The translations under genes were made by a program, and so were the position numbers. DNA of 60,008 nt, the filler included, from Basidiobolus ranarum (taxonomy: Eukaryota), in NCBI GenBank assembly GCA_040143965.1. It is 12 parts of 12 records of this genome, joined end to end, with 100 filler letters (N's around TTAATTAATTAA, not from the genome) between each part and the next. Parts side by side here need not be neighbours in the genome. Positions count along the whole stretch, not along the records: positions 25,105 to 30,017 come from JASJQH010001786.1; positions 30,118 to 35,022 come from JASJQH010001787.1; positions 35,123 to 40,024 come from JASJQH010001788.1; 9 more parts are not named here. One strand, given 5' to 3'. The notes under the pieces were generated by a model. The model had not been told where the DNA came from. It saw nothing but the letters and a program-made list of their open reading frames with translations, and ran no database searches. Shown here in pieces: positions 25,105 to 38,076 of this stretch. Each line of letters opens with the position of its first letter. Position 1 is the stretch's first letter.

Positions 25105-27218
25105 CCGTTTCTGGTGATCTTAACCTTAACTGCCTTGTCTTTCTCAGCAGGTGTAGGATTCACATATAGCTCCCATGAACGAGGTACCTTGCCTTCAAGC
25201 TCACCAAGATTAATGGTCTGGCCATATGCCTTGTCGCGAATGTCACGCTTGGCATAGACCAAAGCAGCAACAGTGGCAAGTTCAGACAATGAATCGGAGT
25301 TGAGAGAGTGACCCTTGAATCCTTCGGGATACTCTTCAGCTAGGAATTTGGTGGAGATATTTCCACTAGCAAATCTGGGGTGAGAAACTACTTCACGAAG
25401 TAGGGGAATGTTGTGGGTAACACCCTTGATAACATAAGAGTCGAGGGCCTTTTTCATATTCTCGATTGCCTCTTCTCTAGTATCACCATGTGTGCAAAGT
25501 TTACAAATCATAGGATCATAGTAGATACTGATCTCACTTCCCTCAACAATACCACTGTCGCATCTGACTTCACCCTTGCCTTGTAAGCTCTTGGGTTCAA
25601 TGTACTTGCTAAGACGACCAATGGAGGGAAGGTACTTCTCAGGATCTTCGGCGTACACTCTGGATTCAACGGCCCAACCGTGAATGGTAAGATCTTTCTG
25701 CTTAAGAGCCAATTCTTGACCAGCAGCAACTCGAATCATTTGTTCGACAAGATCTACCCCAGAGATGTACTCAGTGATGGGATGTTCTACCTGAAGACGA
25801 GTGTTCATTTCCAAGAAATAGAAATTTCTTTGAGAATCAACCAAGAATTCCACGGTACCTACAAATAAAAGTGAATCAATATGGTGCTTCCGGTGTTGTC
25901 ATGTAATGAGAGGATGGTTGACTTACCAGCAGATGAGTAGCCCACTTTCTTGGATAGAGCAACAGCTTGCTCACCCATAGCCTTTCTGGTGGCTTCATCC
26001 AAATGAGTACTGGGGGCTTCTTCAATAACTTTCTGGTTACGACGTTGAATTGAGCATTCTCTTTCTGGCAAATAAACGACATTATTATGTTTATCGGCTA
26101 AGACCTGAATTTCAATATGGCGTGGGTTATCGACGTATTTTTCGACAAGAAGTCTATTGTCACCGAAACTAGACATGGACTCGCTGGAGGCAATTTTAAA
26201 GCCGGAGAGAACTTCTTCGTCATTCCTATACATGGTTTCCTCAGATTAACATCAACTATTTTATCACAAAGAAATGGCCCTCAACTTACCAAGCAATACG
26301 CATACCCTTACCACCTCCACCGGCAGAAGCCTTCAACATTACTGGGTAACCAATCTCGTGCGCTAACCGAAGTTAGATATTAGTGTCTTGTTAATTTCTA
26401 GATTTTGCGAAGAAAACTTACCAATTTCCAAAGCGTGGTCGGCATCTCTAACAACTCCGTTAAAGCCAGGAATAGTGCTGACTCCAGCTTCCTTGGCAAT
26501 AATTTTACTCTGAATTTTATCACCCATAGCACCCATGGCATATTCACCGGGGCCAATGAAAGTGACGCCTGCTTTCTCCAATGTTTGAACAAAGGTGGCG
26601 TTTTCGGAGAGGAAACCGTATCCTATTCGATGGGAAACAAGCAGTTTAAGAAGAATGATTTTGATCAAATTTTGACTTTATAAATAGGTTACCAGGATGA
26701 ACAGCCTGAGCGCCACTATCCTTGATAGCGTCCAAAATGGCTGGGACATTCAAGTAACTCTTGTTGGTAGGAGCGGGACCCTAAGAAAGATAATGAAAGG
26801 GTGCCTTTAAAATAGAGTTCCAACGTCACTATTTTCTTTGTATAAACTTACCACGTTGTATGCTTCATCAGCAAGTTTGACGTGAAGACTGTTGGCATCA
26901 GCATCGGAGTAAATAGCAACAGTCTTGATACCCATTTTTTTACAAGTGCGAATAACTCTACAGGCGATTTCACCACGGTTGGCAATTAAAATTTTATCAA
27001 AAGTCTAAAAGAAAGTTTTGAGTTATTATTTTCAAAGAAAGTAAGTGCTGAATGCTTCTCACCTTTCCATAGTCTACGTTTTCCTGGACATTAGCTTTGA
27101 AGGTGGTAGCGGTAGTATGAATGAACTGGTAGGAAGCAGGACGAACAGTGACTGCAGTTTGACGAGCCAACAATAAGTTGGCCGAAAACCGAGGGACGTG
27201 TCTAAGTTTAGCAAACAT
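25105..27218 (-). CDS. PCCA: Propionyl-CoA carboxylase alpha (biotin carboxylase) subunit, mitochondrial; 3' end cut; 6 GT-AG introns
   Basis: Arg-rich transit-like N-terminus; [55 protein letters not shown] (NQKV typical of PCC), [29 protein letters not shown]. Confidence 0.92.
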
Positions 27219-28866
27219 ATTCTTGCAAAGAGTTGAGGTGACAACATGAAAGAATGGATATATATAAGAACTGTGGTTCTTGTGGAAAGGGTAGTATTAC
27301 TCACGTGTGACCAAGCAAGTTTTCAATCCACCCATACAAATGGAAATATACTATATTGATATCAAATCCCAAGTCTAAAGCTATTGTACCGTCACTTCTT
27401 CCGAGATACCCCAGCTGTGAGAGTAGTCTAATTTACCTTTGATACCGTCATTTGATTCTAGCCCGCACCCCTGAATAAACTTGTGGGAGAGTAGACTCTA
27501 TGCTCTAGATTCCTCCAGTATTCCGGTCCTTAGATAGTTTCATTACTATTCACTCTCAGTGCAGCTTTAGAATTTGAACCCAAAACTCCAAAATTAGAAT
27601 AAACACGGTCAATCTATCTAGCATCCCGATCCAACCACATTAAGCCTCAGCTCAACCACCCCATAATTATGGTGAGAAGCACTAGAGTTTGTACTCATTT
27701 TCTGAATTCCCTTCCCCACCGTCTTCTGTACTCCCTTCTATACCCTAACCGACTAAATAAGCGGTTAACCTCGCCTGCAGGAAAATCTTACTTTTTGGCC
27801 GTAGGAATACTCCACAATTCTAAATCCACAATGGGCTGGAACATCGACGTGGCTGGGTATCAATTCGATAATAATCCCTTTAAATCGGTACATTTTCTAT
27901 TTCTACCACAATTAATTCACCATACTCTAGCCTAAGCCACAAACAGGAAGAGCCTCTTAGGTGCGATTTACCTTGAAAAGAGTTATGTAGAAGCCTAAGC
28001 ATCCTCTGCCTAAGCAGTCTTTTTGATGTAGGACAGAAATGTATATTTGCATTCAATAAAGACTGTATATAGTAAAATTCTCACTCTCGGGTTACTCAAT
28101 GACATCAGTATTCAACGACTAAATGTTGCCAGGTAGCCGCTCATAGTATCTGATGTGATCGAGGGCATTCTGAGTGCTGTACAGTCAAGATACTTCGACG
28201 CTCTTTCAACGCCATCGATTAACTCGTCATATGAAACAAACCAAATCTATCCAGAGCTAGGCATGAATTTCTAGGATCCGAGATAGAAGCCCTACAACGC
28301 TTCAACTAGTTTGTACACCATCGGAGCGGCCTTTATTAAGGGAAAATTAGCAAGAAACTATCGGCCGCACGTCGGAGGAAAACTCTAAAAGCTAGAAAGA
28401 ATAAAGATTTACTAACAAAACTGTCACTAGCGGAAGAGAAAGTGACTTCTGGCTGCACGATTTAGCCGATGTTTCAGAGTTGCAAAGATCCGTGAGAATC
28501 TCAAAGGCTAAGGCTTTCTCCACTCATAATGGCTTAATTCGTCATATCGATCCGAGGTCTCACTCCTTAAATTAAACTCCTTTCATATGTACAATAAACT
28601 CTCTCGAGGGGGGTATTTACCCGTCACATGAATTTTGTGGAAATGGCGATTGAGATCCATGAGGTCCCACACTAGCCTCTGAGAGGGTAAAAATGGCGGT
28701 TTTATACTAAATCTAGGTATACTGAATTTATCCAACCCTGTCCTTCTCATCATACCAATACCGGAGTGCTCTTTTCCAACAATACATAAATATCGACCAT
28801 GTAAGGAACTCACATCAAGGTCAAGTATTTTGAACCATTTTTACGTTGACTGTGCTTATTTCAATA

Positions 28867-30017
28867 ATGCGCACTGCCCAGCTATTATCACGTTATGCCG
28901 CCCCTATGTTGGGTCGTGCAAGACTCAATATGTTATCAGCAAAAACCCCCAATACTCGTCTAAGCTCCGTCTCTCTCTTCAGAGGATATGCTACTGGTAA
29001 TACTAAAGAACAGGTACGCGAGTTTCTACAGTGGAATCTTTTTACTCCAACAATTTTCTAATTTATACTCACTCCATTCTTTTCAACCAGGCTATTCTTG
29101 AAAGAATTGAGGAGAAAAGAAAGGCCGCTACCTTGGGTGGTGGTCAGAAGCGTATTGACGCTCAACACAACAAAGTAAGTTTTGGTTTGAAACCGTTTAT
29201 ATTATTTATTTTCGACTAAACAGCTTTTTTCTTCTAGGGCAAGTTAACTGCTCGCGAGAGAGTTGAACTTTTACTTGACCCCGGTACCTTCAGGGAATAT
29301 GATGCTTTTGTTGAACACCAGTGTTACGATTTTGGTATGCAAGACAGCAAGATTACCGGTGATGGTGTAGTCACTGGTCATGGTAAAGTCAACGGTCGTC
29401 TAGTATACGTTTTCAGTCAAGACTTCACCGCATTCGGTGGTAGTTTATCCAAGATGCATGCTACTAAAATCTGCAAGGTATTTATATCGAATATTATATT
29501 CACTGTCGAATAATCCTTCTTACCGACTGTTATGCTTACTTGAAATATTAGATTATGGATAAAGCAATGTTGGTCGGTGCCCCCGTCATTGGTCTTAACG
29601 ACTCTGGAGGTGCTCGTATTCAAGAGGGTGTCGATTCTTTGGCTGGTTATGCCGATATTTTCCAGAAGAATGTTGAGGCTTCCGGAGTGGTTCCTCAAAT
29701 CTCTATGATTATGGGACCTTGTGCCGGTGGTGCAGTATACTCCCCTGCCCTTACTGATTTTACCTTCATGGTTCGTGATAGCTCCTATCTCTTTGTCACA
29801 GGCCCTGAAGTAGTCAAGGCTGTTACCAATGAAACAGTTACTCAAGACGAATTAGGAGGAGCCAAGACACACACCATCAAATCCGGTGTCGCCCATAACG
29901 CTTTCGAAAATGATATGGAAGCATTGGCCAAACTCCGAGAATTCGTAGACTTCATCCCACTATCAAATCGTGAAAGTAGTCCCGTGCGCCATACTTCGGA
30001 CTCTAAGGAACGTCAAG
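28867..30017 (+). CDS. PCCB: Propionyl-CoA carboxylase beta (carboxyltransferase) subunit, mitochondrial; 3' end cut; 3 introns
   Basis: [75 protein letters not shown]. Confidence 0.95.
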
Positions 30018-30119
30018 NNNNNNNNNNNNNNNNNNNNNNNNNNNNNNNNNNNNNNNNNNNNTTAATTAATTAANNNNNNNNNNNNNNNNNNNNNNNNNNN
30101 NNNNNNNNNNNNNNNNNCA

Positions 30120-30635
30120 ACAGCGATAAAACATCTTTTCTCCTACGACCTGATCTCGCCCGAAATTCAGACTGCTCTTCCTGATGGACTGCGCATGAGA
30201 CCTTTGTCAATCAGCGATTACAACAACGGATTTTTAGAGTGTTTGGCTCAGTTGACTTCTGTTGGTGAGATATCTGAAGGCACATTCCTCAGTACATTTG
30301 AGGCCATGCAAAGGGCACACACCTATTATGTGATAGTCATCGAAGACCAAACCACCGAGCGCATTGTAGGGTGTGGGACGTTGTTGGTAGAACATAAGTT
30401 CATACGTGGTTGTGCCAAATCTTCCCACATTGAAGACATCGTTGTCCATGATTCACAAAGAGGGAAAAAACTAGGAGTACAAATAATCGAACAACTCAAA
30501 TATCTTAGTGCGAGATTGGGCTGCTACAAAGTGATCCTAAATACTAGTCAAGCCAATATCGCTTTCTACGAAAAGTGTGGATTAACTCTAAAAGATTACC
30601 AAATGTCTTGTTACCATAGCTCCTCACAGAGTTGA
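30120..30635 (+). CDS. GNA1: Glucosamine-6-phosphate N-acetyltransferase (GNAT); start probably lost at contig edge
   Basis: The frame is open from the contig edge (LFSYDLISPEIQTALPDGLRMRPL); DYNNGFLECLAQLT, LLVEHKFIRG, HIEDIVV, RGKKLG, GCYKVIL, FYEKCG. Confidence 0.93.
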   Translation, partial: TAIKHLFSYDLISPEIQTALPDGLRMRPLSISDYNNGFLECLAQLTSVGEISEGTFLSTFEAMQRAHTYYVIVIEDQTTERIVGCGTLLVEHKFIRGCAKSSHIEDIVVHDSQRGKKLGVQIIEQLKYLSARLGCYKVILNTSQANIAFYEKCGLTLKDYQMSCYHSSSQS

Positions 30636-32632
30636 TGTTAAATCCACCAAGTTGTCAATTTTGATCGTTTTGTCTATGTATTAATAGCTTCTGTAGAGCC
30701 GAATAAAAGTCACTTCATCCTTCCCCTACTTTGATCATTGAAAAGTAAAGATCCATGTATTGGACAGTATCACAATGGTACACAATAAGGGGATTGGAAT
30801 GCCACATTTGCCGTAATTTCATATCTTTATGGTCAATCATAATGAGCATCTTCCTCAATTTTTATCATTGGTGCGCAATGGATATATTAATAGATCTATT
30901 ATAGAGTTTCGGTTATTAAGCGTAGGCAATAAGAGCACAATGCATATTTATATCTCTATTTTTTCATTTCGATTTCGCCCATTTGAAACCTTCGCTAAGT
31001 TGAAGTTAGATTTAGTTGATGAGAAGCCCACTTCAACTAATTATACTCCATCCTGTAGCTAATGATAGGCTGATACTCTCCTAATATGATATCAAATATC
31101 ATAGTTTGGTTGTAATTATGCTTCCTTTAATAAGAAATGGCTGCTATCTTCTCTAATCACGTTGATGCATAATTGTCCACAATAAATTCTGTTAAGTTTT
31201 GATATTAGTATATCCTTTGGCAGATAGTCTACCCTGACAGCCTGGTATATAATTCGGCATTCACTCAGAGAATAATCCTTGAATTCTCATACATGTTCAG
31301 AGATATCATGAGTTAGTTTGTATCATCAATCTCCAGGTTTGCATATTCTTTAATTCGTCAATTTTCTAAGTACTCTCGAAGAAAAAGACTTCCTTCAGCA
31401 CCTTAGCCAGATCAATATTAGATGAATATCGCAAAGCAAATATTATTGTTTTTAGATTCTTTGAAACAAGGGAATTCTTAAATATAGCAACTAATGCTTC
31501 ACAATAGTGCTTGATTGAGCATCACTATCAACGTGCAATTAAGTGATTTAAACTTATATAGCTGTTTGACAGTAAACAATAGACAGTGCATATGCAATTG
31601 AATATATACTAAGAGTCTAACTCACAATTACAATAATAATCCAATACACTTCCAAATTCCCTGATATTTCTAGAGGATCTTGTTTGAGGTATAGTTAAAA
31701 ATGAGAATGTGAATAACTAAGACTCATGTTTACGTGTTAGAAATTTATTGTAATTGCTATCCTTATATTTACAAACCTAACCTCTCCTTGTCAGGTATCT
31801 AAATTGATCAACACTATTTAGTCAAGTATGATTTAGCTCAATATTGGAACATATTCAGTATATATGTCAATATTTCAAGAAGTAGCAGTTTCATACTTAA
31901 ATCTTCAATGTTGTATCAATTGAGCCCAATATAGGTCATGTGGCTTTTACAGATGCTTTGAGTGCTGACCCTAAGTTTTCTTTTTGTATTCTTTCTGAGA
32001 TTTATAAATGGTTCATTTCAGCTCAACAAATAAGTACACCCACAACGAATCATGACTCCTATTTATACAGCATTTTTTGACCTAGAGATCATTGATATGA
32101 AATTATATGCATGAAGTAGGAAGTTGCTATACAGGATATCAATAGCAACCATGCAGCAAAAGCACAATTAAAGCAACACAAAGAAGCAATAAAAGAAGAC
32201 TTGTCTAATCAGGCCTGAAGTATACACTATAGTTAGTATTATTTATTTTAAAATCTGAGCGTGTCCAAAAAGTATTGATCTTCATACTCTAAGTTACCAG
32301 AGATTGCTTAAAGTCACAGTCTTTTTTTGAGTCTGCAAACATTTTTAGGGGTTTTTAGGTCTATAAGCTACTCATGGTGCTCCATATCTATCTTGTAATC
32401 AAGCTCCAATACCAAAGCACATGTCTAATATCCTTTGCAGTATAACAATTCTGCCCAAGAAATGTGAGTGGAATCAATGCAGAGAAATTTGCAAAAATGT
32501 CACCTGATTTTGGATGCTGTCAGAATCTTTCTACCAGATTGTGTCTTTGATATTGTTAAATTAAGAATATATAAACACTGCTGTAGTGATTTATATTTTG
32601 GTATTTAGTCATCTTGCATTTCACCAAGATAT

Positions 32633-32980
32633 TTTTGAACTTGGCATTTCCTAAGCACCTATATAGTCATATATAGCTCAGTACTTAGTGATTTTATAAT
32701 TCACTAAGATATTATCCATTATTCTCAGTCAGAGTATACATGGAATATTTTTACTAATTTAGAAGTTCTCAGATATATAGATTTTTCAAACTTGTGCTAG
32801 AAGCTCCAAACCTTGCACACATGCTCCTGTGACCTTCCTTAGCACATTCTACATGTTAGTTTTTTTACATCTTGAAAAAACTATAAATGTCAACTCTCTA
32901 CTCAATAAATCAATAACTAAAAACCACCAATTTCTCTAATTCTCCACACTACTTCTAACAGGCTCCCAAATACTCTAACA
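32633..32980 (+). mobile_element. Copia LTR family A (5' LTR) followed by PBS at 32981-32994
   Basis: Homologous copies at 34647-34844 (starting TGTTG), ~53210-53377, 53905-54231, 54869-55015 (-), ~46250-46437 (-) and ~46620-46827 (-). Ends ...AACA, then GGCAATGAGCCCTG. Confidence 0.8.
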
Positions 32981-33011
32981 GGCAATGAGCCCTGAGCTTG
33001 CACTCTCTGTA

Positions 33012-34646
33012 ATGTCTACTTCTCAAATTTATGGAACTTTTTCCTCTTCAGAAAAATTGGATGGAACTAATTATCAAGCTGAGAAAGTAAAAATCAAGAT
33101 GTGGCTGCAACAAAGAGGGCTTTAGGACACTGTTGTAGAAGAAAACAATGCAAAACTATCTGAACCCAACTTTTTACTCCAGGTTAAAAAAGAACAAAGT
33201 GCCTTTAACACAATTTGTCATAATGTTAAAGAAAAATTGATAATTAAATGTTCAAGAGCTAAAACTGCCAAGAAGGTATGGAAAGCCTTGGAAGACACCT
33301 ACCAAACATGTTCTGCTGACAGCAAGATGCTTCTAAGAAGACAATTCTTTAGCTCAAAGATGAAGCCAGGATAAGCCATTAAATCACTAATTGATAGATT
33401 TACTATTATAGTGGATGAAATGGAATGCATTGGAGTACCTACTACTGATCAAAGTGTCATAGTTACAGTCCTGAATAGCCTGCCACATGAGTTTCAGAGC
33501 CTAATAACTGCTCTAGAATCAAGAACTGAAAATATGACCTTAAATTATGTATTAGGCAGACTTCTGGATGAAGATATAAGCAAAATAGGATCCATCCAAA
33601 AGATTAAAGAAAATGTTTTAATAGGCTATGGGGAACCTTCATAAAAAGAGCAAAAGCACTTTAAGAAGAAAAGTAACATAATCTGTGATTACCATAAAAG
33701 AACTGGCCATTTAAACAAAGATTGCTTCAAAAGAATTGCAAAAGTAAAAAAATATACAGAATCTGGAAATGTGGTTACAACAGAAGATCAATTGTTCATA
33801 TCTGCTCTATCTATGACTGCCAACAAGGATCCTCAGACAAGGTATGTTGATTCTGGAGCCTCCCAAAATTTCACAAATGAAAAACATTGGTTAGTTGATT
33901 ATCAAGAAATCCCAAATAGAAAGGTTTTCATGGGAGATAACCATACTTTGAATGCTATTGGAATGGGAACAACTCAAGTCAATTTAGCTGGAGCTTCTGA
34001 AGAGAAAGTGTATACTGTTAAAAATGTACTTCATGTTCCAGATATTGCCAAGAAGTTAATATCTGTATGGCCACCTCAGAAGGGCTAAAATTCAATTTTG
34101 ATAAGTATGGATGCATCATCACTGAGCAAAATGGGAATTATTTAGCTTTGGGATAAAAGGATCAGAACTTATACAAACTTACATATGTTCCAAGAGGTTG
34201 ATGTTTAAATATAAGTCATTCAAATCAAGAAAGTATTCAATCATGGCATAAGAGATATGGCCATATAGGATGTAATTATTTGGGCAAAATGATCAAAAAT
34301 TGCCTAATTTCAGGAATTCAAATTAACCCCCCAACCCAAATGGAAATTTACAAGGGTTGTGTATATGGAAAACAAGCCTGGCAACTATTCAAGTGCTCTG
34401 GTTTAATCAAATCTGTCAAAAAATTGGATCCAATTCATTTGGCTTTGTGTGGACCTAAGCAAAATATATCTTTGGGCAGAAAAAGATATTTAATCACACT
34501 TGTAGATGATTATACAAGATACATTTGGGTCTACTTTATGAAAAAAAAGAAGCTCTCTCTATCTTTAGAGATTTCAAAACACTTGTGGAGACTGAAACTG
34601 GAACTAAAATCAAGAAAATACGTACTGATAATGGTGGAGACTATAC
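33012..34646 (+). mobile_element. Degenerate Ty1/copia gag-protease-integrase
   Basis: KLDGTNY gag start, VLNSLPHEFQSLITALE, decayed zinc knuckle, protease YVDSGASQ, KNVLHVPDIAKKLISV, WHKRYGH, LVDDYTRYIWVYFMK, RTDNGGDY; many stops and frameshifts. Confidence 0.93.
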
Positions 34647-35022
34647 TGTTGAAATTAACATTGCCTAAACACCTATATAGTCATATATAGCTTAGTATTT
34701 AGTCATCTTTTAATTCACTAAGATATTATCCATTATTCTCAATTGGAATTTACTTTGAATATTTTTATCAACTTAGAAGTTCTCAGATATATAGATCTTT
34801 CAAACTTCTGCTGGAAGCCCCAAACTTTGCACAAATGATCCTAGTGTCATGACTCTGATCTTGACATACTCATCCACTGCAAATAGAACTCTTCTGTTAT
34901 TAGATTACGATATCATATCTGCTGTGCCATCCCTTCTTGGCAATCTTATGTTAGTTCATCCATGTTATGTTATATGGAAGTCATGTTATTTGGAATGTTC
35001 TATGAAACACAACCAATCATAT
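34647..35022 (+). mobile_element. LTR A inserted in the integrase, itself interrupted at 34845 by LTR family C
   Basis: TGTTG start directly after RTDNGGDY codons; from 34845 (TGTCATGA) the sequence is the reverse complement of 49563-49741. Confidence 0.8.
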
Positions 35023-35213
35023 NNNNNNNNNNNNNNNNNNNNNNNNNNNNNNNNNNNNNNNNNNNNTTAATTAATTAANNNNNNNNNNNNNNNNNNNNNN
35101 NNNNNNNNNNNNNNNNNNNNNNCTGTAGAGTGAGTATCGTCGTTCATACTCCATTTTTTCATTTGCTTCACAAATACTTGTCACTCCTTCACCTCAACTC
35201 ATAGACTATCAAT

Positions 35214-38076
35214 ATGCCGGGTGCTAACCTTGCTCGTGGAAAGACTTTAAGTCGGCCAGATAGAAGCCATGCCCCTGCCCCTATGCTAAGTGGGAAGGAC
35301 CAAAGAGCTTCTTTTGATCCCTGGGTTTTATTCTCAAAAGTAATCACATTCTGGGCCCCGGGTTTCCTACTCTCCAAGTGTGGTCTTCCTGACAAGCAGA
35401 TACAACAGGCATGGAGGGAGAAAGTTGCCCTCTGCTTAATCATCGCTTTCATTGGTGGTTCCGTAATGTTTCTAACTCTTGGCCTACCTTTTGTTTTTTG
35501 TCCTGAATCTTCAGTGGCTAGTCAACAAAACTACGAGTCTACCTCTCCCGGCGTAGCTGGTATTTATTCTTATCACTTTACTAGCTTTTCTTGAAGATTT
35601 TACTTACTTTCAATTCAAACAAGGTCACTTCGGCGTGGATGGTGTTATGTATGAAATGACTGGCCAAAATGCGATTCCACAATTGGCTGGAGTCGCACCA
35701 AGTGCAGATGCAAGTTACTTATTTGCACACGGAGCTATTCCTGAATGCACTGCCATAGCAAATTTGCGTTATGCGGCGGTGTCGTTTTCTCCTTGTACCG
35801 CTAATAATTGTATTGCTCGTAATATCCTCACAACAAATGCTGTCAAGAATAGTACCCGTAGAGTTGGCTACGATTGGGATAGTCTTCCACCCAATCATAT
35901 CGTTTTAGACGGCCGAGTTCTAAACATGAATTCTTATATAACTCAAAACCCTAATCCGATTCAAGGCGATCTTGCTGATAAAGTCATTCGGGACAGCATT
36001 AACAATCGAGTGGTAGATGTCACTAGATCTTTCATGCGCCGTAATGAATTAGAGTCTGCGAGTAAATGTTTGAGCAAAAAGTATCTTGCTGGATATTTGA
36101 GTAAATCCACTCCTGGCTGCTTCGGTGTACAACTCTTCTTCATTGTATCTATGGTCGTCATTCTAGGCATCGTTTTGGCTAGATTCGTTATGGCTGTTAT
36201 ATTCGATTGGTTTATCTCGTTCAGACTCTCCAAGCCACCCCCAAGAAGCATGCTCAAGCCAATTGTGGCCTCCAACAATGTACCATGGGCCGTACAAAAC
36301 ACCAGCGTTACCGAGTTTCGTACTCCGATGCCTAACCTAAATCCTAACGAATTGTTTACTGTTTTGCTTGTAACTTGTTACTCCGAGGGGGAAAGCTCTC
36401 TTCGTTGTACTTTGGAGAGTTTAGCTGCAACCGAATATGGTGACGACCACAAACTACTTTTTGTCATTTGTGATGGTATCATTACTGGTAGTGGTAATGA
36501 CCGTAGTACTCCCGATATTTGCGTTGATCTTCTCGAGATTGATCCCTATTACGGACCTGACCCTGAGCCTCAGAGTTACATCGCTGTTGCGGCCGGTGCT
36601 AAACAACATAACATGGCTAAGGTTTATGTGGGTCACTTCAATCATAAAGGTCATCGTGTACCAACCCTAGTGGTAGTCAAATGTGGTGCCCCTGAAGAGC
36701 AAAGCGCCCCTAAGCCTGGAAATAGAGGAAAGCGTGATTCTCAGTTGATTTTAATGGGTTTCTTTAGTCAAGTAACCTACAATGACAAGATGACCCCTCT
36801 TGACTATGATCTTTTCAAGAAAGTCACTCATTTGATGGGTGTCACTCCGGACTTCTTCGAGATCGTACTGATGGTGGATGCTGATACAAAAGTATATCCT
36901 GATTCCGTACGTTTGCTAATCAATTGTGTTCAAAATGACCCTATGATTATGGGCTTGTGCGGCGAGACCAGAATCGCTAATAAGAAGGATTCTTGGGTAA
37001 CTGCTATTCAGGTTTTCGAATATTACATCTCCCATCATCTCGGTAAAGGGTTTGAGTCTGTGTTCGGTGGTGTAACATGTCTTCCTGGTTGTTTCTGTAT
37101 GTATCGTCTGAAGGCTCCCAAGGGTGATAACGATTGGGTCCCAATCGTAACCAAACCCGAAATTGTTCAGGAATACTCTCAGAATACAGTGGATACTCTT
37201 CACCAGAAGAATCTTTTGTTGCTAGGTGAGGATCGTTTCCTTACTACTCTGATGTTGCGTAACTTCCCCAATCGAAAGATGATGTTCGTTCCACAAGCAG
37301 TTTGTAAAACTGTGGTTCCCGATGAGTTCCAAGTATTGTTATCCCAACGTCGTCGTTGGATTAACTCGACCATTCATAATCTTATGGAGCTTGTACTGGT
37401 TCGTAACCTTTGCGGTACCTTCTGCTTTTCCATGCAGTTTGTAGTTGTAATGGAGTTGTTGGGTACCGTCTCACTCCCAGTAGCCATTATCATGACATTT
37501 GTTTTGATCGTCAATTTGGCAAGAACTACCTTTACCGATATTTCCAGTTACTTCCCATTGATCCTGCTTCTACTTATTCTATTCTTACCGGCTGTTCTTA
37601 TCTTGTTCACTACTCGTAAGTTGGTTTACATTGCCTGGATGTTTGTCTACCTCCTGGCACTACCCATTTGGAATTTTGTCCTACCTGTCTATGCCTACTG
37701 GCATTTCGATGATTTCTCTTGGGGTGAAACACGTAAGGTTGATGGGGAGGCTAAAGGTGACGATCATGGCAAGAAAGATGGTATCTTCGATGCCTCCAAG
37801 GTCCCTCTTCGTCGATGGGAGGATTACGAGCGTCGCCATTTGCGCTCTATGAAGCGTCGTGAGCGAAAGCAACGTAAGGAGGCAGCCAACACCGGTAACA
37901 GTCTCTACCAAGAAGATAATGAGTCTATGGGACTGTTATTAGGAGATCCCAATCAAATGTCGCATGGTTCCTTTGATACCCGGGATTCAACATCCGAATT
38001 AGATTATTACGAGGAAGGGTTTGACCAACCCCATAACTACAACGGAAGAGGAGTTGAGCCCAGAGATATGTTTTGA
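35214..38076 (+). CDS. Chitin synthase, division 2 class IV (Chs3-like), ~932 aa; intron 35560-35623
   Basis: AWREKVALC, LVTCYSEG, KPGNRGKRDSQ, VDADT, GLCGET, LGEDRFLT, QRRRW, HFDDFSWGETR. Confidence 0.96.

Noticed and set aside
25105-27218. Methylcrotonyl-CoA or acetyl-CoA carboxylase
   Set aside because: RRNQKV and [13 protein letters not shown], plus the adjacent PCCB-type beta subunit, favour PCC
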